37,989 nt of DNA from Salisapilia sapeloensis CBS 127946 (taxonomy: Eukaryota > Protista > Oomycota): assembly GCA_023334545.1 (NCBI GenBank), contig JAADVB010000186.1:1-37989 (forward strand). The letters run 5' to 3'. Position 1 is the first letter of the stretch. Each line of letters starts with the position of its first letter. The notes under the pieces were generated by a model. It saw only the letters and a program-made list of their open reading frames with translations. It did not search any database and had not been told where the DNA came from. A program made the position numbers and the translations under genes. Below are positions 11,525-20,881 of this stretch, piece after piece.

Positions 11525-14500
11525 TTACGTGTTCTCATCTGGTAACTTGGGAAGCGACCGCGAATGCTGAGGTGCACTTTGTGGTCTGTACATTTGCCCA
11601 TTGAACTTTGGTACGCTAATCGAAACTTGTTGATGTTGACCGATTAACTGAACTCGCTCAAGGCTACTAGAGTCATCTTCTTCGGCTATAATGCCTCCGC
11701 TTTCTTCAACTGCACCTACCTGATATCCAGGGATTGACGGCGATGAAGATGTCCGTGAAAGTGCAGTAGAATAGCCATCTATTGTGAATTGGGGCTGCCG
11801 ATTCGTCTGTGAAGGGTTTCTATGGCCTTGAACGGGCAGACGGAAGCCACCACGATAAACAAATTCGGCCGTGCCAGGCGCCTTGTGAACATTTTCAGAA
11901 GCACTCTTAGGTCGCATCCCAGTATTTCCAGACTTGCCTCTAATGGCTGAAGTTGTGTCGATGCGGTTTGCCACTGCCGAAGACTGTATTCGATGAGGTT
12001 TTAGCTTAGAACATGGCGCAGGATTGGTAGTGTCGACTTCCCGATTTTCAGTTTTATAGCGACTTTGATGGTCTTCCGTACGTCCCGCACCACTGGATAA
12101 ACAATTTTTGTGCATTTCGCTGCTTTCATTGCCATCAGGCGTAGCTCTTTGGACGATACTCATAGGTAGCTGGCCACCAGCCTCCTGCTTGTCTAACTGA
12201 TTTGATCTTTCCATTTGATTTAAGTCGAGCTGGTCATCATCGATCGGACGATCGCAAGCAATGCAAGTACTGCTATTTGGAGGGCGCTTCGCTACCGGAT
12301 TCCTGGGCTTTCCTGCGTTTGGAAATAGATTTGCAAGTCCAAACTCGAGGACAAACCGTATTCTTCGCTCATATGAATCTCTGAACTCCTTTGTATACTT
12401 ATTTGTCAACGATATAGGCTGTAAGCTATCCATCTTTTGGCGGGTGCGAGTAGCAAACAAAGTAGCTTTAGCTACACGAAATCCTTCAAGTACTTGCTGT
12501 GGTGGCATTTCCATCACAACAGCCCCAGTTGCATCATCGGCCGAATGCTGTCGCTTAGCTGTTAGTAGGTACTTGTTCTGGTCAACAGCCACTCCAGCAC
12601 CAAGGAATCGAACAACTTTTGACAATAACATCGCTAACTCCGCTTTTGTATCTCTTTGGCTCGATATAGAATTAGTTTGCTCACTTTCATTCGGCACTGT
12701 CATCGCTGACGGATTTGACTTTGTGAGGAATTCAAGCTTTAGTCCGAGCTGGGCACATGATAAAGCAAAAGCTTTCATTTTATCTTCCATACTTTGCGGT
12801 GTCTCCGGAATCACCAAGCTATCCACCATCGTGTTCAGTTGATGAATCATATTACTGTTATAACGAATCGCTTTTTCAAAATCGTTTTTCGTGTGTTCAG
12901 CGTTTTCTTCTGCTAGTTTAATCTCTTGTTCGTTCTTATCATCACGTATTTGGGAAGCCTCAAACCTGCTCGCCGTATTTTGAACTTCTCGTTCAAAACG
13001 AGCTGCTAGCGTGTTGCGTGCTTTGCGTTCATCTTCGTAAGACGCGGTAAGATCACGGATACTTTGACGGTTCTTAGCCGTATTGGACAGATTGTTATTA
13101 AGAGAGTTCTGAAGCTTAGGTATTTCTGCACAAGCTCGTTTCAGCGCCGTGTCTGTCGACGATGCAGCTTTGGTAACCTCTTGTACTGACTGCCGAAGTT
13201 CCACAATTGAGTCACCAAGATCTTCGCTATATTTCTTCATAGTAGCTCGATCTTTTGTAGCTTTATCTAGAGCCGTCCGCAATTCTTTAACATGAATCTG
13301 CACCTCTTGATGATGCTCCTGTATAACGCTTGCGGTAGTAATTAACTTCTTTTCACAAACGCCATTCCTTGCGTCCAGGGCAGAAAGAAAAGCATCTTGC
13401 TTGTCTTGGTTACTGTGAAGCTGCGTGATCTCTTTGCTTTGAGTCGTAAAGCCGGCACCCAACGCATTCAACTCTGCTTGCTGCATCAACAGATCGGATT
13501 GGCATGCTTTAATATTTGACGATACCGATTCAAGAGACTTGTTAGTATTAAGCACAAAACTCTCATGGGTAGTATGGTATCTTTGCAAACTAATCTCTGC
13601 GGCATCTAGTCGCTTGGTTACTCCAGCTGTAGTAGTATTAGCGATGTCCCTCTGAGCATCCAACCGGTTGTTTGTCTCGAACAAAGAATCATTAATAGAT
13701 TTCAGTTCTTTTGCCTGCTCTTCCTGTACTTTGCCTTGGCTGATACTTTCATGCTCAATACGAGCCGCTATCGTTCGCATTTCTTCCATGCTCAGTGCTA
13801 CATCTTTTCCATTCTCTTCCTGCTGAATAATATCTGTTTGTAAAGATAGTACGAGTTGTTCGAACTTTTGTGTAGAAGACTGTAGCCAAGCCCAAACGTC
13901 TTTGATGCGAGTATCGATAGCATTTTCAAATGTGCTTTTCCACTCATTTTCCTCAAGCTGATGCTCGATCTGTGTCTTCTCTAGTTCATGCGCTGTTTCA
14001 GTCACTTGATCTCTAATAGATCGAAACGAAGCTTGAAATGAAACCTCGACTTCATCACGAAATACTGATAAATCGCTTTGATGAGGCAATTGATCCACTT
14101 CTCGTCGAAGTTGAGCAAGCGCAAGTTGAAATCTAGGGTCTAAAACGTAAGAAACAATAAAATGACAATACAGTAAGTGCGTACGACGATTGAAGCGTTT
14201 GCGTATCGATATTGCAACGAAGTTGTGCAGCCTGCAATTCTTCGAGCTGTCGGACGATTTCAGCGGTAGTAATTGCATTCGAACGATCTTGTATAGAGGA
14301 ATCCTCATGGATATTATTCGAAACTGCAGCTGCATCCTGCCCGTTTGCTGTTGTTGGTTGGGAGTCCTTGGCTTTGGGCATTTCAGAAGTAGCCTTCGCA
14401 TCTACCCGGGCTTCCAATTCCTCAACACGGGCTAGTAGTGTTTCGAAACGGTGGTCCAAAGACGAAAAGTCTATGGTGATCACCTTACAGAATTCGTCTT

Positions 14501-14549
14501 CCCCTTTAATTGGAAACCTCTTCACAGAGGTTGTACCTCGGACGGACAT
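11525..14549 (-). CDS. Long coiled-coil protein of unknown function. 2 exons (14549-14185, 14132-11525), ~990 aa
   Basis: Two overlapping minus-strand ORFs are joined in frame by a 52-nt GTACGC...CCCTAG intron (14133-14184). Heptad-rich body; C-terminal CIACDRP and FVYRGGFRLP motifs. Confidence 0.8.
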
Positions 14550-14720
14550 GATCACTCTAGCCAAGAGGATTCAGGATGTGAGTGCACGTGATGCGAATTT
14601 GGTTTTTCATATATTTTTAGATCTAGAGTTTGTACGACGGAGAAGTTAAGCGTCAAATAAGGCACTTTGTCACGTTTTAGTGCATTTCAGGTACATTTAC
14701 CATCAAAATCGTTTTCTACT

Positions 14721-17700
14721 TCACTTGGATGCTTTCTTGTCAATTTCAGCCAAAAACTCTAAAACTTGGTTACTGTCACTCACTCGAGCGTAGTCAAGCG
14801 GTGAATATCCGTCGATGTTTAGTGCGTAGAGAGATAATTCCGGCATATACTCAAGTAGTATGCGAGCAACCTCGACAAAACCAAACCAAAGAGCCAAGTG
14901 GAGTGGAATGTTGCCATACATGTCTGCGTAATCGACAAAGTCGGGAAATTTTGTACACAAATAGCGGACACTCTCTATATCGTTGCGCTCTACAGCATAG
15001 AACAGTGGCACCCGACCGACTACGTCGGTAGCAAGGAAATCTATATGGAATTTCCCGAGTTCTTTTAACATGTCAGCATGGGTCGAAGCGTGGGCAGCGT
15101 TCATGAGTGCTGAGTTTGTCGAGTCTACAGCCACGTATTGTGATTCGAGCAGCAGCCTAGCTGCATTAATGCAATTACTTGCTGCAGCCGCATGCAAGGG
15201 TGTATCTCCATAATTATCAGATACGGATTGAAACTGGAAACCTTGCGCGAGGGCTCTTTCACGATGCTCTAAGAGAGTTCGAATGCAGTCGATGTGGCCA
15301 GCATAACAAGAGTAATACATAGGTGTCCTCCCATCATTGTCTCTCCACTCTAACATAGATATGCTGCCTGAAGCTTGTGTATTTACAACCCACTGATCTG
15401 CTTCGATCAAGACGCGTAGACAGTCCGGGTGGTTGAGCATTGCAGCAGCATGTGCTTGGGTGACCATTGCTGTCATTTGGCACTGCATACAAACTGAGAC
15501 TTCGTTTTCAAGTGGAGCGGATAAATAGTCTTTGTAGTACTCTTCATAGGTGATGAGGTCGAATCCCAATGGCTCCTTGCTAACTTTAAAGCTAGGGATT
15601 TCAACAATAACTTCCTTGTAACACTCTTCACTAGCTAACCACCGTTGAAGCTCAAGTACAATGTTCATCTTCTTTCGCCACTGCTTGATATACGATTTCA
15701 CCATCCTCTCGTTGCTTGCGTCTTCTACATCACCACATTGCATAAGTATATCTGCTTCATGCAAGCCCATGTTTGTCGCTAGGGAATTCGGCACAATGTT
15801 GTAAATTAAAAGAAAAGTCCCGCTGCCGTATGCTTCTTCATAGGCGCTATCGCTTGGACACCCGTAATTTGTATCAACTCTTTCAGCTGAACGCGGATTT
15901 GATGACACTTTCGACACGATGGTCCATTCATACGGAGCTAGTTGACATCCAAGCATCCCTTTACCACTCCATTCTTGAGGAGTTAAGTACAATGTATGTG
16001 TTTCATATATTTCCACATCAGTTGATCGCAAAACAATAAGCGTAATCGTTTGTAAAATATGCTTTTGAACACATTGTGCAATTGCTTTGAGTGTCTTTGA
16101 TACCTTGCTGGTTATGCCACCGAAATTTGCGATTAGGTCGTCAGCCTGAAGCGTAGCTGCCATTGCCGGTGAGTCCATGGATACACTTACCACTTTGGCA
16201 AACGGAACCAAGTCCAACTCACGAATTTTATCTGGACTTAAACTCGTACTGGCATACACTTTCTCCTGATTAGCTACTGTTTCACCACTCATCAGTGTAT
16301 CCGTCGCGGGCAAGTCATTGACAGATTGGTAAGTTTTCACTGCTCCAGAACAAGACTTGGTATGTCCCTTTGCTTTTGTAGCTGAGTTCATACCATCTTC
16401 TAGCTCTTGACTCCACTTAAACGGCACTAACTGACATCCAAGCATCCCCTTGCCACTCCATTTTCTTGGTCGAAGCTGTATTCGCACTTGTTGGAAGCAG
16501 TCATTTGTTCCATCCAAACGTAAAACTATCAGCGGCACCGCTTTTTCAACGTTTGCCTGTACACACTGCGCTACCATCTTTAGTGCTTTTGATTGCGCGT
16601 ATGTGATCCCTCCAAAATTCACGATCAAATCGTCGATCAGCAGGCATGCTTCCATTGCAGGCGAATCATCGCTAACTCCAGTTACCTTGGCAAATGGAAG
16701 GATTCCCACCTGTTGCATAGTTTCTTTCGACATGGGAGTTTGATTTGTGCACGTTGCTTTGGGTACACTCGTTGTCTTCACATTATATAGGTTGCTGTGT
16801 TTGACATTCTCGGTCATTTCACGAACAGTGCCCGGCTTTTGCTGGCATTCAGGCTCCAATACTTTATCGCTTCCGTCTAGTAGAGTCGGTTTTACTGTTC
16901 CTATAGAGTCCACATGGTGCTGCAGCGAAGTTGTCGACGTGTTTGCAAGAATAGACGGGTTAGATGCTCTTGTTTGGTGACCACTAGATTCATCCACTTT
17001 GCTGCTGCCATCACCATTAGTTTCCATCACAACTGGCATCGTGGATTCGTGAGACTTCGGTTCATGCTTCACCTCTGCTTTCTTCTTCTTTTTGATAGTA
17101 GATGATGATTGTGATCCATTGCCAGAGTTTTGGGATTTTCGTGCTTCCTCATGTAAGAGTGCTTTTGAACAGTCTACGGTTTCATCTATTTTGTCGGAGC
17201 ATTCTACTTGTGTGTTGCTTTCCACAAACAGTGCACTATCGGTGTTCGTAAGAGGCACGTTGTCACTATGTTGCGATGAATGGTCAGACTTTTGTGCGAG
17301 CGTCGGCACGGGCATTCTTCCGTCATGCTTATCTTCCACTGGCCGGATATGCTGGTCTTTTTGCAGTACGGGTAGATGAAGGTCTGCTTCAGCTAGAGTC
17401 AAATGCTCTTGCTTTTCCGGTTCTTTTTGACGCTGGGCACTTAAAGCTGGGAGGTGGTCGTTGTTTAATTCAGCAGGATGCTTACTCCTATCTTTATCCT
17501 TGTGTTTTGTTGCTACATCTCTTTCATCCGAGTTATGATTTCCAGAAGTTCTGGGGAAACTGGAATCCTTACAGCAGTCTTTGCCCCCGGGGTCGGATAT
17601 GGTCCCATTTGCTTCATTAAGGGTGCATCGTACATCTGAAAGATGCAGTGGCTCGATTGCTGATGTAGCTTTGCTGTCGTTCACATGGCTTTCCTCAGCG

Positions 17701-19559
17701 GTAGCTACCTGCTTCTTATGCTTCCCTTTTTTATGCTTTATTCTGTGCGTTCCTTGTTGTAGAGATGTATCAATTTCCTTTTTCTCCTTTGCTTTACTCT
17801 TATTACCTCCATGACGTACTACTGACTGCGACAATATTTCATGTTCATTGCTTACATCCTTGCTTTCTGAAAGACTGCGTGCTGCTTCCATAGACATATC
17901 ATTAATCAATACTTTTTGTTTTTCTTGATTGGCAACACTTGGGCTTTCATTTGTTGGAAAATGAACAGGGCCATCTACCTGAGCCTTCACCATGATTTCT
18001 TCTTTGCGCTCTGTCTTAGTTTCAATCTCCCTTGATGATACTCTTTTTTGTTTAATTTCCACCAAATCATCTTTTTGGTCCATACTGCACAACGTAGCAG
18101 TCACAGTTACATCTTCTTGGTTATTCTCATTTGGCGTAGGTATCTCGTCATCCTCTACTGCTGGCCTATCGATCACCTTCTCTTGACTCATACCACTTCT
18201 AGCAAGATTTGTCTCTTTCGTTTCCTCGTTTATCCCTCTGGCTTGGTGTATAAGACTCAAGCTTTCCACTTTCTTATGTACTGCGGACTTACTGATGGAC
18301 TTCTCTTGATTTATTTTACCTATTGTGTGACCTCTCGCGTTCTCTTTCGCTCCTTTAGCTTCATGTACATCCGTCGAGATTTCCACTTCGAGTCGAACTG
18401 TTGGCTTATCGTATAATTTCTCTTGGTTTACTTTATTTGCTGTATGCTTTTCACTCTCCCTCACCTCTTTCTTCACCTTGACTTTGTGTTTACGATTCGA
18501 GGAATCCAGTTTTTCTCGACGTAGTGGCTCATCGATCAACTTATCTTGGTTTACTTTATATTTTGTATGATCCTTCATCTCTTTCTTCACTTCTTCGACT
18601 TTCTCTATAAGGCTAGAGGTTTCCACGTTCTTGCATACTGTTGGTTTATTGATTGATTCCTTTTGATTCACTTCATCTAGTGTAGGGGGCTTCACCTCCG
18701 CCTTTACCTCTTTGGCTTCTTGTGCAGATGTCGAGGTTTCCACATTCTCAGTTACTTTCGTTTTATTAATTTTTCCTGATCGAGCAGCTAATGCTTGTGC
18801 CCTCTGCTTCTTTAACCGCTCTAATTCGGCTCGGCGTCTTTGGTTCTCTTCAAATTGTCTTGCCTGAGCTGCACGTCGCACTCTCGCCTCCTCTTCTTGT
18901 TTCGCTGCCAATTCCTTCTCCACCAGTTCCCACTTTCTCTCCTCTTCGGCTACTAACTCCAATCGATGCTTCTCCCTTAACCATCTTATCTGCGCTTCCA
19001 TACTTATCCTATCCTCTCTTTCCATCCACTCTAGTTCTAATACTCTCCTCCTCTTTTCTTCTTCCGCCAAACGTTGTTTCTCCAGTTCCATCTTCCTTCT
19101 CTCATAGTCCGCTCGAGCTCTTGCATCCGATTCCGCCTTAAGCTGCTTTCGTCTATCCTCTTGTGCTTGCCTTCTAGCTTTCTCCTTCTCTCGCTGCTCT
19201 GCTTCTCGCCTCTCCTTTTCCTCTTTCTGTTTCATCGAAAACTTTTCAAACTCTTGCTTTTCTTGTTCGCGTAGCTGCTGAAGTTTGATCTCTCTCTTTC
19301 TAGCTTTTTCCGCCAAGAAAGTATCCTCGAGTTGCATTTGTGTCTGCTCTGCCACTCTCCGATGCACTTCTTCGTTTCTGTCGACCATCGGAGTTAAATC
19401 GGAAGAAGTCGTACTCGAAAGCATTCCACTACTGTTTTGTGATTCAAGCTCGTATATCTGCTTCATCGCTTGGAGCCGGTCGATGCCATTGCTAGATCCG
19501 AATCGATGCTGACCGGATATATGCGCTGGCAATGGAGCTGCGACGTTGGAAGCAGACAT
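14721..19559 (-). CDS. 1612-aa multidomain protein: E/R/K-rich helix, degenerate ~40-aa repeats, 2 clear and 1 divergent PSMD9/Nas2-type PDZ domains, C-terminal ankyrin repeats
   Basis: Single ORF. PFAKV..S.DSPAM.A.L..DDLI.NFGGIT...WSGKGMLGCQL.P occurs twice (~16410-16710, ~15925-16220). Ankyrin motifs DGRTPMYYSCYAGH, YGDTPLHAAAASN, VGRVPLFYAV, YGNIPLHLAL, DGYSPLDYA. Confidence 0.92.
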   Translation of the reverse strand: MSASNVAAPLPAHISGQHRFGSSNGIDRLQAMKQIYELESQNSSGMLSSTTSSDLTPMVDRNEEVHRRVAEQTQMQLEDTFLAEKARKREIKLQQLREQEKQEFEKFSMKQKEEKERREAEQREKEKARRQAQEDRRKQLKAESDARARADYERRKMELEKQRLAEEEKRRRVLELEWMEREDRISMEAQIRWLREKHRLELVAEEERKWELVEKELAAKQEEEARVRRAAQARQFEENQRRRAELERLKKQRAQALAARSGKINKTKVTENVETSTSAQEAKEVKAEVKPPTLDEVNQKESINKPTVCKNVETSSLIEKVEEVKKEMKDHTKYKVNQDKLIDEPLRREKLDSSNRKHKVKVKKEVRESEKHTANKVNQEKLYDKPTVRLEVEISTDVHEAKGAKENARGHTIGKINQEKSISKSAVHKKVESLSLIHQARGINEETKETNLARSGMSQEKVIDRPAVEDDEIPTPNENNQEDVTVTATLCSMDQKDDLVEIKQKRVSSREIETKTERKEEIMVKAQVDGPVHFPTNESPSVANQEKQKVLINDMSMEAARSLSESKDVSNEHEILSQSVVRHGGNKSKAKEKKEIDTSLQQGTHRIKHKKGKHKKQVATAEESHVNDSKATSAIEPLHLSDVRCTLNEANGTISDPGGKDCCKDSSFPRTSGNHNSDERDVATKHKDKDRSKHPAELNNDHLPALSAQRQKEPEKQEHLTLAEADLHLPVLQKDQHIRPVEDKHDGRMPVPTLAQKSDHSSQHSDNVPLTNTDSALFVESNTQVECSDKIDETVDCSKALLHEEARKSQNSGNGSQSSSTIKKKKKAEVKHEPKSHESTMPVVMETNGDGSSKVDESSGHQTRASNPSILANTSTTSLQHHVDSIGTVKPTLLDGSDKVLEPECQQKPGTVREMTENVKHSNLYNVKTTSVPKATCTNQTPMSKETMQQVGILPFAKVTGVSDDSPAMEACLLIDDLIVNFGGITYAQSKALKMVAQCVQANVEKAVPLIVLRLDGTNDCFQQVRIQLRPRKWSGKGMLGCQLVPFKWSQELEDGMNSATKAKGHTKSCSGAVKTYQSVNDLPATDTLMSGETVANQEKVYASTSLSPDKIRELDLVPFAKVVSVSMDSPAMAATLQADDLIANFGGITSKVSKTLKAIAQCVQKHILQTITLIVLRSTDVEIYETHTLYLTPQEWSGKGMLGCQLAPYEWTIVSKVSSNPRSAERVDTNYGCPSDSAYEEAYGSGTFLLIYNIVPNSLATNMGLHEADILMQCGDVEDASNERMVKSYIKQWRKKMNIVLELQRWLASEECYKEVIVEIPSFKVSKEPLGFDLITYEEYYKDYLSAPLENEVSVCMQCQMTAMVTQAHAAAMLNHPDCLRVLIEADQWVVNTQASGSISMLEWRDNDGRTPMYYSCYAGHIDCIRTLLEHRERALAQGFQFQSVSDNYGDTPLHAAAASNCINAARLLLESQYVAVDSTNSALMNAAHASTHADMLKELGKFHIDFLATDVVGRVPLFYAVERNDIESVRYLCTKFPDFVDYADMYGNIPLHLALWFGFVEVARILLEYMPELSLYALNIDGYSPLDYARVSDSNQVLEFLAEIDKKASK
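18157..18749 (-). repeat. About five degenerate tandem ~39-41-codon repeats inside the 1612-aa gene
   Basis: Units: ENVETS..EVNQKESINKPTV / KNVETS..KVNQDKLIDEPLR / ..KVNQEKLYDKPTV / ..KINQEKSISKSAV / KKVESL..MSQEKVIDRPAV. Confidence 0.7.
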
Positions 19560-19654
19560 AATGAATGCTTTGAATAGGAACGATATTTCTAGTACAAAAC
19601 GAAACGATCAATGCAGTTACTTCATCTAAATGAGTGTTTATTTATGACGGAGAC

Positions 19655-20296
19655 TTAAGCGTCCGTCTTCTGCTTCTTCTGAGCACTGCCGTCCTCGACG
19701 GTGGCAAAGTACTCAAGAGATCCCTTCGGGTCCTCCTTGATCGTCTTCTTGCCCTTCTTCCAGTTAGCCGGGCATACTTCTCCGTGCTCCTCATGGAACT
19801 GGAGGGCTTCAATGAGACGAACGACTTCGTCGACGTTACGGCCGATCGGAAGGTCGTTAATAGTGATCTGACGGATCTTGCCTTCCGGGTCGATGATGAA
19901 CAGGCCACGATACGTGACACCAGCTTCGTCGCCTTCCGGGACGAGGACACCGTATTTAGAGCTGACGTCCTTGCTGACATCGCCGACGAGCGGGATGTCC
20001 ATATCGCCGAGACCACCCTTCTTACGCGGCGTGTTGATCCAAGCCAAGTGAGCAAACTTGGAGTCGACGGAGCAGCCAATGACCTGAGTGTTCAGCTTGG
20101 CGAACTCTTCGGCACGGTCGCTGAAGGCACAGATTTCGGTCGGGCAGACGAAGGTGAAGTCCATCGGGTAGAAGAAGAGGACGACGTACTTGCCCTTGTA
20201 GTCCGACAAGGAGATCTTCTTGAACTCGCCATCGACGACAGCTTCCGCCGTGAAGTCAGGGGCAGGAGCACCGAGCTGAGGAACTTGAGGGGCCAT
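19655..20296 (-). CDS. Typical 2-Cys peroxiredoxin (AhpC/TSA, Prx1 subfamily), 213 aa
   Basis: [15 protein letters not shown] (peroxidatic Cys), [11 protein letters not shown] (resolving Cys), YF motif. Start placed at MAPQVP (ATG 20296); the upstream in-frame 40 codons are AT-rich and look like UTR. Confidence 0.97.
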   Translation of the reverse strand: MAPQVPQLGAPAPDFTAEAVVDGEFKKISLSDYKGKYVVLFFYPMDFTFVCPTEICAFSDRAEEFAKLNTQVIGCSVDSKFAHLAWINTPRKKGGLGDMDIPLVGDVSKDVSSKYGVLVPEGDEAGVTYRGLFIIDPEGKIRQITINDLPIGRNVDEVVRLIEALQFHEEHGEVCPANWKKGKKTIKEDPKGSLEYFATVEDGSAQKKQKTDA

Positions 20297-20881
20297 ATTG
20301 ATTTTGTGTTTTACTAGATAAATTTGATTGTGTACGGCATCGAAGCTCGAAACTGAAGCTGGTCGGACATCGTCAGGTAGCTGACGCAAACGGTTCGAGT
20401 AGCATGTCTCCGTCACTGCGTTCTGGCCAATCGATCTTAGAACCTACTATCCGATTGGCAGATACCTGAACCACACTATCGAATGAAAAGGCATGCCAAA
20501 TATCGACGGACGTTCTAGATCCGTCTGCGGAGACCGATAGCTTGCTGTATTGACATGGCAAGATCTGTTCAAAAAAAATGCTGATTTTCTTAAAGTAGCC
20601 GAGTATGAGAAAAGTAGACAGAGTCATGTAGACAGGCATAATAGCTCTATGACATGATCCTGCTCAATTTAAAGAAGTCTTATTAGAATATCATCTCGTT
20701 CTACTGCCTACATCGAAGTTTTCTTGCTGTATAGAATACGATGCCAATACCACCGAGCTACACGTCTCAAAATGTATCTAATCTGGTCTGAAAGCATCTC
20801 ACTCTGTGATCATCTATCCTTTACGCGTAAGATTACGCGCAGTATTCCCTTCTTGGAGGATAAATTCCACTCCCATCTCCA

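Noticed and set aside
19634-20317. 227-aa plus-strand ORF covering the whole peroxiredoxin antisense
   Set aside because: Shadow ORF from strong GC3 codon bias of a highly expressed gene. It has no recognisable motifs.
20297-20416. 40-codon in-frame upstream extension of the peroxiredoxin as a targeting peptide
   Set aside because: Composition is unlike the CDS or a presequence (several Asp, AT-rich just before MAPQ). More likely 5' UTR/promoter.
20506-20527. Short hairpin GACGGA-N9-TCCGTC in the Prx/ACSF3 intergenic region
   Set aside because: A 6-bp stem is expected by chance and has no supporting context.
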